A stretch of DNA of 64,000 nucleotides, from positions 64,482,001 to 64,546,000 of the forward strand of contig NW_024704743.1 in the NCBI RefSeq assembly GCF_018977255.1, given 5' to 3'. Positions within the stretch are counted from its first letter, which is position 1. Every line of letters begins with the position of its first letter. Below are positions 39,761 to 49,748 of this stretch, piece by piece. Source of the DNA: Callorhinchus milii (taxonomy: Eukaryota). The notes under the pieces are model-generated. The model ran no database searches and was not told the DNA's origin. It was given only the letters and a program-made list of their open reading frames with translations. The position numbers and the translations under genes are program-made.

Positions 39761-42700
39761 CAACAACAACAACAACAAGATTCCATTTATAGAGCGCCTT
39801 TCACGTCAGGAGGACGTCCCAAGGCGCTGCACAGTTGGGTCATGACCCGAGCAAGGGGGAAATGGTCAGGGTGAGGGGAGGGAAGGGAGGGAGAGAGGAG
39901 GGGGGAAATGGTCAGGGTGAGGGGAGGGAAGGGAGGGAGCGAGGAGGAGGAAGAGAGTCGAGAGGGGAGCTGAAGGCACGGTCAAAGAGAAAGGTTTTGA
40001 GACCGGCCTTGAAGGAGGAAAGGGAGGAAGCAAGGCGAAGGCACTGGGGGATGGAGTTCCAGAGCCTGGGGGCTGAGAGGCCCGACCACCGATAGTAGGG
40101 CGGTTGGGGCGGGGGACGTGGAGCAGACCGGAGCCAGAGGAACGGAGGGTACGGGCAGGTAGGTAGGGGGATAGTAGGTTGGAGAGGTAGGAGGGAGCAA
40201 GGCCGTGAATGGCCTTGTAGGTGAGGATGAGGATCTTGAAATCAATCCTCTGGGGGATGGGGAGCCAGTGGAGGCGAGCGAGGGTGGGAGTGATGTGGTC
40301 GCGAAGCCTGGTGCGGGACAGTACACGAGCTGCAGAGTTCTGAATGACCTGCAGCTTGTGGAGGGAGGTGGCGGGAAGGCCGGCGAGGAGAGAGTTCCCA
40401 TAGTCCAGCCTTGAGGTGACAAAGGCGTGAACCAGGGTTTCAGCAGCGTGAGGGGTGAGGTAGTGCCGTAATCTGGCGATATTCCGGAGGTGATGGAAGG
40501 CGGTGCCAGTTGTGGTGCGGATGTGAGGGAGAAAGGACAGCTCAGGGTCGAACAAAACGCCGAGGTTCCTGACTGGCTTTGAGAGGTGGAGAGTGCAGCC
40601 TTGGATGCTGATGGTGTCAGCGCCTGAGGTGCGGAGGCGCTGACGTGAGCCAATCAGGAGGGCCTCGGTTTTTCGCACGTTGAGCTGAAGAAAGTTGTCT
40701 CTCGTCCAGGACTCGATGTCGGACAGGCAGGCTGTCAGGACATCGGTGGTCGTGGAGTTGAGAGTAGAGGAGGAAAGGTAGAGTTGGGTGTCATCCGCAT
40801 ACATGTGGAAGTTAACCCCATGTTTGCGGATGATGTCACCAAGGGGGAGCATATAGAGGGTGAAGAGGAGGGGACCGAGGACAGAGCCCTGAGGGACACC
40901 ACATGAGACAGTACGGGGGGTGGAGGAGAAGCCATTCGTTGAGACGAAGTGAAGACGGTGGGAAAGGTAAGAGCTAAACCATTCAAGGACAGTGCCTTGA
41001 AGGTTGAGGTGGGAGGACAAGCGGTGGAGTAGGATAGCGTGGTCGACCGTATCGAATGCTGCCGATAGGTCGAGGAGGACGAGGAGACAGAGGGAGCCCT
41101 GGTCACAGATGGTCAGGATATCATTGGTGACCTTGACCAGGGCAGTTTCTGTGCTATGAGCAGCACGGAAACCTGACTGAAGGGGTTCAAAAAGAGAATG
41201 GGTGGAGAGGAAAGAGCGCAGTTGGGAGGCGACAACTCTTTCCAAGACCTTGGAGAGAAAGGGGAGGTTGGAGATGGGCCGGTAGCTTGATAGCTGCGAC
41301 GCATCAAGGGAGGGTTTTTTCAGGGTGGGCGTGATGATGGCAGTTTTTAATGGAATGGGGACAGAGCCAGAGGAGAGGGACAGGTTTATGATGTCAGTGA
41401 TGTGTGGGGCAAGAAAATGGAGCTGGGAGATAAGGAGTGGAGTGGGGATGGGGTCAAGGGAGCAGGTGGTTGGTTTTAGGGATAGGATGAGTTCAGTGAC
41501 AGAGGGTGGGGAAACGGGTACGAAGGTGTGTAGGGGAGGATGGGTAGGAGTCGGAGTGTGGGAGGGAAGGGGTGGGTGGTGGGTGGAAGTTGGAGGGGAA
41601 GTGACCGCGGAGCGGATTCCCTTGATCTTGGATTCAAGGAAATCCAGCATCTCCTCGCAGTGAAGGTTGGAGGAGATGACCTGCGCGGGGTGGCGGGGGG
41701 GACGGAGGAGTCGGGATGTGGTGGAAAACAGTAGCCTGGGGTTGTTCTTCGCCTCCAGGATTATCCTGGAGTAGAAGGACGACTTGGCCGAGGCTAGAGT
41801 GGAGCGGTAAATTTTGAGGAGGTCCAGCCAGATTTGTCGGTGGACCGTTAGGCCAGATTTGACAAAGGTGCGCTCAGCAGCCCGCACCTGGCTTTTCAGT
41901 GAGCGGAGGTGGGTGGTGTACCAGGGGGAGGAGCGGGAGTAGGAGACAGTGCGGGAAGTGATGGGGGCAAGAGTATCGAGTGTGGAGGAGAGGATATTGT
42001 GGAGGAGGGAGAGAGGAGAAGAGGGGTCGGTGAGGGTTGAAGGCCAGAGGGAGAGGAGTTCAGAGGACTCCAAGGCATCGGTTAGGGATTGTGGGGGTAA
42101 CTTCTTCCAAGGGCGGTAGAAGATGGTGGTGGGTCTGGTGGAGGTGGGGAGGGGGGTGGAGGTGGTGAAGGAGATGAAGTAGTGGTCGGAGATGGCCTTG
42201 TCGGTAATAGTGACATCCGAGACACTGAGGCCCCGGGTGATCACCAAATCGAGTGGGTGGCCGTGACTGTGAGTGGGGGAGTTTATGTGTAGGGAAAGGT
42301 TGAGTGAGGAGAGCAGGGAAGAGAAGTCTGTGGAGATGGAGCAGGAGGGGGTGAAGTGTAGGTTAAAGTCGCCCAGGATGATGAGGCGATCAGAGGAGAG
42401 GCAAAGAGATGTGAGGAGTGTTGAAATGTCAGAGATGAAGGTGGGAGAGGTTTTAGGGGGCCGGTAGAGGAGGAGGATTTTAAGGGAGAGGAATGAGGGG
42501 TGGGAGAGGGTGAGGTGCTCGAAGGAGGGGAAAGAGCCAGAGGAGTAGGGGGATAGGGCAAGTGGTGTCCTTGAGATAAGGGCAACACCACCGCCACGGC
42601 GGTTGGGGCGGGGGATGTGGTGGGAGGTGTAGCCGGGTGGCGTGGCCTCCGTGAGGGGGAAGGTGTCGCCTGGGGTGAGCCACGTTTCTGTCAAGGCCAT

Positions 42701-43492
42701 GATATCAACGTTCTCATCAAGGATGAGATCGTTGATGACCAGGGCCTTGTTGCAGAGGGAGCGGACATTTTGCAGTCCGATGTGGAGGGAGCGGTTGACA
42801 GAAGGGTGTGTGGGAGGGGAGGGGGTCCAGGTTGTGAGGCAGGGGTGGGGGGATGGGGATGAGGGAGGAGAGGTTGACTCCCCGGGTCTGTGTCCGGGGT
42901 GGGTGGCGAGTGTGGTGGGGAATGGGGCAGTCGGTGTGGCTGCTGCTGGACAGCCAACGCCGAGTGCCGCGGTGAGCCCGGCGGAGGATTCCCAGACTGG
43001 AACAGAGGGAGGTTGTGGGAGGGTCAAGTGGGGATAGAAGACGAGAGGGACGGAGAGAGAGGAGGAGAGAGCGGGAGAGATGCAGAGGGGGGAGGGTTTG
43101 GGGGGAGAGAGGAGGGGGGAGGGAGGGAGGGGGTGAGGGGGCTCGGGTCAAAGCGGCAGCCATAGTGCGCACGCGGGGACCGGGAGCGAGCGGTCAGGTG
43201 GATGGCATTATCCCGTAGATTGGGGCATCGAACCCAACAGGACCATAGTGGGCTCTGATGTGAGCCCTGGGGGGGGGGGGGGCGCAGAGGTTTTTTTTTG
43301 TTTTTTTTGTTTTGTGCGCGCGCACTCACCTGAAAACTAATCTATGACGTCGCAGTTCCCCCGCTCCGCCTCCAGACCACCCCCCCCCCTCCCTCCCCTC
43401 CCTAGCTGAACTCGCTCCGGCGTCGAGTTTAAGTACCTGGGTCAGTAGGCCCAGGCTCCTCCCCGCGCTGTCCTGCTGCCGCTCGCCGACTG
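39761..43492 (-). mobile_element. Apparently full-length, young single-ORF L2-clade LINE (~3.73 kb) inserted into an old CR1 3' remnant
   Basis: Has a CpG-rich 5' UTR, an EN-RT coding region, a 3' stem-loop and a (TTG)n tail. The flanks 39700-39760 and 43493-43610 rejoin into the CR1 3'-end sequence also seen at 1630-1835 and 15501-15720. Confidence 0.93.
39912..43163 (-). pseudogene. L2 ORF (APE endonuclease + reverse transcriptase), ~1085 aa if repaired; two frameshifts
   Basis: EN motifs NVRSL, ALTETWL, ILGDFN, HGHPLDL and ISDH; RT motifs [34 protein letters not shown] and MYADD. The ATG at 43163 is 1 nt out of frame with the track ORF. A 7-bp deletion at 40080/40081 relative to the copy at 56931-56945 removes the conserved C-terminus ([14 protein letters not shown]). 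Confidence 0.88.
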
Positions 43493-44084
43493 CATCCAGA
43501 ATACTCACCCTACCATTCTCCCACTAGAGCATCAAGTTTTTTTTAAAATGAGTCCATTGTGTCGACCTTTCTTGGTAACCTGTTCCAGCTATTAATTAAT
43601 CTATGTGAGCTCCAAATGCCTTTTTTGAAATTGCAGAAACAGGATTTCATTACCGGTGTCTCATGAATATTGTGCAGTTTGGGCAGAATTTTCATAAATA
43701 ATAAATTGAGTCTCCCAAATAGATCGACAGACATTCATGATTGCAAAATTTTTCAGGTCTCAGTGGCAATTAAAGTCTGTCAAGAGAAACAATGCCTTCA
43801 GCCGAATGGATAACTGGAGATTCCCAGAGAACCTGACTGATCCTCCTGGAGAAGAGAGTGGCAGAGCTCTTCCTGGTGGAGAGAGTCCAAGGGATTCTGA
43901 AAGCTCCAGTCAAGCTGAGATTTTAGAAACCTTTATATTTAGAAGGAGATATATTTGAATCCTATAATTATTGTAAAAAGCACCTTATTGTAATGCACAT
44001 ATCTGAAAGTAAACCGTGCCGTACATGAGTAAAATACAATATAAAGTCGCATCACTGTTGCCTATTTCATCTTCAGACCCTTTA

Positions 44085-44511
44085 AAATAATAATAATCTT
44101 TGCATTTGAAAGGAAACTCATCACATCATCCAGACATCTTAAAGTGCTTCACAGGAATCACTGTAAAAAGCAGTGGCTGTTCATTTTGTAGGCAAACACT
44201 GCAGCCAATCTGCAAAGCAATGTCCAACAAACAGTCAGTGACCAATTTTATTGGGTGATTGTTGGCAAGGCTATCAGGAGAAACTCACTTCTCTATTTGA
44301 ATAGTGCCATCAGATCTTTAACATCCACTTGAAGAGTCAGACAGTTTTAACATTTATTCTGAAGGACGGCACCTCCGACAATGCAGCACTCCCCCAGCAC
44401 TACATTTTGAGAGTCAGCCTAGACTTTGAATTCAAAGTCCCAACATAGAGCTTGAACCCACAAGCTTCTAACTGAGAGGCAAGAGTGCTGCCAACTGAGC
44501 CAAACTGACAC
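44085..44511 (-). mobile_element. Old DeuSINE-type SINE, full length
   Basis: Complete head-body-tail on the minus strand. Confidence 0.85.
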
Positions 44512-45175
44512 CTGGCTGAGGAACTGATACTTTACTTAATAATCAATATTAATCCTTTAAATTCTCAAACTAAAAGGAAATATCCACAGAGTTGAAATTA
44601 ATTTAACAGCTGCAATTTAATATTTCATACATATGAAGCCAGAGACTTTGAAGTGTTAGAACCAGCAGGGGCTATGGACACTAATAAGAAGCCAGATTTT
44701 AGGATTAGAAACAGAGCAGCTCACCAACCATTGAGGAGAGGACTTAGTATCCAACGCAAAACATCTGCGATATATTGAGCCAGATTTGACAGGCAATTCA
44801 AAAACACCCCACAGACCTGGACTGCACTTAATACTGTAACATAAAATGCCTGATGATTGCATCAATTGCATTAGAATTTAAAGCAGCAGCTGCAGTCAGA
44901 AGTGGTTCATTAGAAGGAGGAGGAATGTAATGGCATTTATTAAACAATTTTAACACAGAGCAGAACACCTAGAAATCTGGGAGTTAAAATTAACATTTCT
45001 ATCCCATAATTTCCCTGATTCCTGATGTGTTGGTGGTGAACGTACAATACAGTCTTTCTGTCGATTCGATTTGGGGAGCACTGAAAGTCGCTTGCAGGAA
45101 TTTAGTTACCTTTTCACCGTAACCATGCATGTGGCAAATTGCTCTGTCGACCGGATGATTTCTTCTTGGTTCTTG

Positions 45176-45530
45176 TTCTTGTAGCTCAGTGGTTAGAGCT
45201 CTTACTTCCAAGCGAGAGACCTGAGTTCAATTCCTGGCAGGGTAAAATGTTGGGCTAGTTTCCTTACTCCACACCCTTCTGTTTACCTGGCAGTAAGTAG
45301 AAACCCGATTGTTAGTCGATTGGCGGATCAATTTTCCAGGGGTAATAATTCCTTNAAAAAAATTGGTCACTTCAATCCACGACTGTTTGTGGGACACTGC
45401 TGTGTGCAATTGGCTGCCACGTTTCACCCACAAATATATAGTCAATTCACTTTACAGTATATTCTGTGAAAACCTTTGAGATGTCTCAAAGACGTGATAT
45501 GGCCCTATATGAAATGCGAGGATTATTATT
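45176..45530 (+). mobile_element. Long-subfamily SINE
   Basis: Same head type as the young SINE plus an internal segment at ~45275-45345; contains an assembly N at 45355. Confidence 0.88.
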
Positions 45531-45534
45531 ACTA

Positions 45535-45912
45535 ACAAAAACAACTTGCATTTATATAGTGCCCCTCACATAGGGTAGTTTCCCAAAGCTCTTGACAATA
45601 GTGGAGCATAACGCAGAGCCGGAGGGAGGGGACCGTAAGCATGGTCGAAGAGGAAGGTCTTTAGGCGCGATCTGAAGATAGGGAAGGAAGGAGCAAGACG
45701 GAGGGATAGAGGAAGAGTGTTCCAGAGTTTTGGGTCACAGTGGTTGAAAGCGCAACCACCAATGGTGGAACGGAGAGCACGAGGGACATACCAGAGGCCA
45801 GAGCCAGTCGAGCAGAGACAGCAGGTTGTGGGTTGGAAGATAAGCAGGTAAAAGAAGTGGGGAAGTGCCAGGATGTGAAGGGATTTGAAAACAAGTGTGA
45901 GGATCTTGAAAT
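45535..45912 (-). mobile_element. 3' end of second L2 family
   Basis: ORF 45566-45931 reads FKILTLVFKSLH...STIGGCAF...PKLWNTLP...LKTFLFDHAY. Confidence 0.85.
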
Positions 45913-46049
45913 ACAAATATGTATTTTCCAACTCTGCAAAAACATCCTCAATTTACAGTTGAATGATGTAGTAGTCCTCCAGTTTTCTCTTCATTTCTGG
46001 GTCCTACACAATAAAAAAAACTGATGCCCAGTTCCAGAAGCACAACAAT

Positions 46050-46340
46050 AATAGTAATAATCCTTGCATTTGAAATTGCACCTTATCACGTCTTCGAGAC
46101 ATCTCAAAGCGCTTCACAGAATATCCTGTAAAGTGAATTCACTGTATATTTTTGTGGGCAAAACACTCTCAAAATAAATGCAGTGTGATGTTTTTAATTT
46201 GAAGGGATTATTACCCTGGAATAATCGACTAACAACCAAGTTCCTAATTTCTGCTAGGTAAGCAGACGAGTGTGGAATAAGGAAACTTGCCCAACATTTC
46301 ATCCTGCCAGGAATCAAACCCAGGTCCTCTCGCTTGCAAG
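46050..46340 (-). mobile_element. Long-subfamily SINE fragment
   Basis: Tail, internal segment and B-box region on the minus strand. Confidence 0.75.
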
Positions 46341-47493
46341 GCATCCACTTGGCATTGTATTTCAGTGTTTCTTGAAAGAACATAGTTAATATGACAAGGA
46401 TCCTTTCAGCTCTCAGGAGGCTGCTTTGATCTGTGTGTGTGCAGAATGGAACCTGACAACACGGGAGGTACCTCACCCACTCTTCACTCTGAGTCCCAGA
46501 AGTCTGTAGTAAGTAGTACTTCTGTTCCATATCTCATTACTTAATGGTTCATTTCAGAAAGTCAATGGATGTGGCTGTGAGATGATAATGTCAGAGTTGA
46601 TTTGCTATCACGTTTACACCTCTATCTCAAGTCTTCTTGGCTCATTTCCATTTCAAAGACGTGAGGCTGTTTGCTCCCTGCTGAGCATTTTGCCTTCTGT
46701 CTGTGAAATGTTCTATTGCTATATATTATCCCATCATCTGATGGTTTACAGTAAAATCACAGCCACAGAGTTCACAGAATAATAATCTTTGTATTGGATG
46801 CAGTGCCTATAACATCAAAAATTCTCAAATGTCACTTCACAGGTAACTGCTATCAAATGTAGTGGCTGTCTATTTCTAAGCAAATGTGCAGCCAACTTGT
46901 GCACACCTAAGTCCCTCAAACAACCATGAAATGAACGACTGCCAGCCAGAACACCAGAAGAAAATTTTTTTATGAATACTTAATGGGATCTTTAACATGC
47001 ACCGTAAAAGGCAAGCAGAATGTGTACAAAAAATGGCTGGGTGAGTAATTCCTGCTGCTTTCGTATAAGGATCCACAACTCCTACATCTCGTTTTATGTG
47101 ATACAGTCTCATCCTGCATTTTATACCTAATACCAACTTTAATGGAGCTATAGAATATTTAGAGCAACTTTTGGTCTGCAGTGTTTTTCATGTCCTAATT
47201 CCCACACTGGAACAATCTATACTAATCTTCATGTTCATATTCAAATGTAACAGCTGAAAAGATGTTAATGTTAATTCAATTTTCTCCTCCATATAACATT
47301 TGTAATGGCTTCTGCACAGATTGACTTGGCTCACTCTCATGTCCTGATTTGTATGTTCCTGATAGCTTTGTTAGTTAAAGCCTTACCATGTAATGTGGTC
47401 CTAGCTAGACAAACAGCGGGAAACTTGCCAGACAGTGTTTTCAATAACAAACTATGAAGTTTTAGGTGTATCCCAACGCACACTCTGTAGTCT

Positions 47494-47562
47494 CAACAAC
47501 AACAGGGTTACATTTATACAGCGCCTTTCACGTCGGGAGGACGTCCCAAGGCGCTGGACAGT
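47494..47562 (-). mobile_element. L2 tail-only insertion
   Basis: L2 3' stem-loop plus (TTG)n; probable TSD AGTCTC at 47489-47494 and 47560-47565. Confidence 0.85.
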
Positions 47563-47651
47563 CTCCAAGCCTTGGCTCATGCCAACATGCCTGTGCCTAA
47601 TAGTCTCCAGATTAGGTAAGCAGAATTCAACCCTCCAAGGAGAGTGTGCAG

Positions 47652-47940
47652 ATAATAATAATAATAATCCTTGCATTTGATATAGCGCTTTTCACGTCAG
47701 GAGGACGTCCCAAAGCGCTTCACAGAACACACTGTAAAGTGAATTGACTGTATATTTGTGGGCGAACGCGGCAGCCAATTGCGCACAGCAATGTCCCACA
47801 AACAGTCATGGGTTGAAAATGACCAATTTATTATTGTTTTTGGTTTTGGAGGGATTATTATTAGGCGTGTGGAGTAAGGAAACTTGCCCAAGGTTTCGCC
47901 CTGCCTGGAATTGAACCCAGGTATCTCGCTTGCAAGGCGA
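47652..47940 (-). mobile_element. Young SINE lacking the extreme 5' end
   Basis: Near-identical to the family consensus; truncated within the tRNA head. Confidence 0.93.
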
Positions 47941-48066
47941 GATATACTTAGATATACATATGAGGAACTAATTCTAGTTTGGATAATCTTAAGCAAGGTG
48001 ATGGGTTTCCTCAAGTCAACCAAAAAGAGTTATTGATCAAACAAAGCATTTGTAGTACTAAATGAG

Positions 48067-48387
48067 TACTACTACTACTAATAATCCTTGCATTTGATAT
48101 AGTGCTTTTCATGTCTTCTAGACGTCTCAAAAAGCTTCACAGAATATGCTGTAAAGTGAATTGACCGTATATTTGTGGGCAAAATGCGGTAGCCAATTGC
48201 GCACAGCAGTGTCCCACAAACAGTCGTGGATTGAAAATGACCAATTTATTATTGTTTTGTTTTGGAGGGATTATTATTAGATGTGTGGAGTAAGGAAACT
48301 TGCCCAAGGTTTCGCCCTGCCTGGAATTGAACCCAGGTATCTCGCTTGCAAGGCGAGTGCTCTAACCACTGAGCCACAGGACTCCAC
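48067..48387 (-). mobile_element. Young tRNA-derived SINE
   Basis: Full head to tail; the tail drifts from (TTA)n to (TAG)n. Confidence 0.92.
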
Positions 48388-48425
48388 AATGAGATGGGGG
48401 AAACATGTCTTCAAAAATGAGCCAG

Positions 48426-48799
48426 AACAACAACAACAACAAGATTCCAATTATAGAGCGCCTTTCACGTCGGGAGGAGGTCCCAAGGCGCTGGACAGTT
48501 GGGTCAGGACCCAAGCAGGGGGGAAATGGTCAGGGTGAGGGGAGGGAAGGGAGGGAGCGAGGAGGGAGTAGAGAGTCGAGAGAGGAGCTGAAGGCACGGT
48601 CAAAGAGAAAGGTCTTGAGTCCGGCCTTGAAGGAGGAAAGGGAGGAGGCGGCGAAGGCACTGGGGGATTGGGGTTCCAGAGCCTAGGGGCTGAGTGGCTG
48701 AAGGCCCGGCCACCGACGGTAGGGTGGTTGGGGCGGGGGATGTGGAGCAGACCGGAGCCAGAGGAATGGAAGGTATGGGCAGGTAAGTAGGGGGATAGT
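48426..48799 (-). mobile_element. 5'-truncated L2 3' end
   Basis: Matches 39761-40175 with one copy of the 3' purine-rich unit; (TTG)n tail. Confidence 0.92.
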
Positions 48800-49733
48800 C
48801 AAAAATGTATCTAATCAAAATATGTGGTTAATAATACATTTGGTAAATCTTTACACTAATGTAGTTCCTTAGAGTTATAGTTTTCTGTAAAGATTAGTGA
48901 CTGTATATTTGTAGGTGAATGTGCCAATCAATTTGCATGCAACAATGTTCCATAAGCAGTCATGTTGTGAATGATCATTTTTAACTGGAGAATTGTTGAC
49001 CAAGATACCAGGAAAAAATCCTTTCTCTTTTCAAACAGTGCCATGGGATCTTTAACATCCATCTGTGCAGGAAGATGGGACCTCAGATTAACACCTGATA
49101 TGAAAGCCACCATCGCAAATATACTGTGCTTCTCCAGCAATCACGTGCAGTGTTATCCTAGATTTTGAATTTCAGGAGAGGACTTAGGGCTTCAACCCAC
49201 AACCTACTCACTACCAACTGAACAAGACTGACATGCACCCAACCAAATATTGGTTTAGTTTCTTTAACTTTCCCTATGTTTTCCAATGTGTATCCAACTT
49301 TTGAAACCCTAGCTAATTGTACATCCAAGGGGAAGTTCATTTACTGGGTGGTTGATCCAATTGATCACAAGGTAGACCATCATTTTAACAGCCGAGGAGG
49401 CATGAACAGATAGGAAATTGGATTGCATGGTTGGCTGTGATGATATGTGATTAAGGAAATTGAGTGTTTAGCTTAGTTTAGTAATTTGTATATAAAATGA
49501 GCTGGGGTTACGAAAGTTGTTTGCAAGCCAGACAACATGGGAAGGGTTGAAGAATCAAAAAATTAAACTCACATTTCGATATTGGAAAATCATCAAACAT
49601 TGCAAGGTCCAATTTGTGGATTGGGCTAACACTTTTGTGCAAATTTAATAAACCATGTGCAATTGTGTGCTTAATTATGCATTTAACTAGTAGAATCACC
49701 TTTTCATTGTTTGTTGTAATCCCCTCTCTGCAG

Positions 49734-49748
49734 ATGTGTTCGCACGTG
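49734..49748 (+). other. Candidate 15-nt in-frame microexon of an unidentified host gene
   Basis: cccctctctgcag|ATGTGTTCGCACGTG|gttagt inside a repeat-free stretch. Confidence 0.35.

Noticed and set aside
39835..43508. Many overlapping short ORFs on both strands within the L2
   Set aside because: Shadow ORFs caused by the extreme C/G strand skew; low-complexity Pro/Ser or Gly/Glu/Arg translations. The exception is the frame starting at 43163.
43737..43958. 73-aa ORF next to the L2 5' end
   Set aside because: No homology recognised and no downstream donor.
47563..47607. Second captured filler after the L2 tail (third AGTCTC copy)
   Set aside because: TSD AGTCTC directly flanking the tail explains the insertion, and no source for a filler was found in the window.
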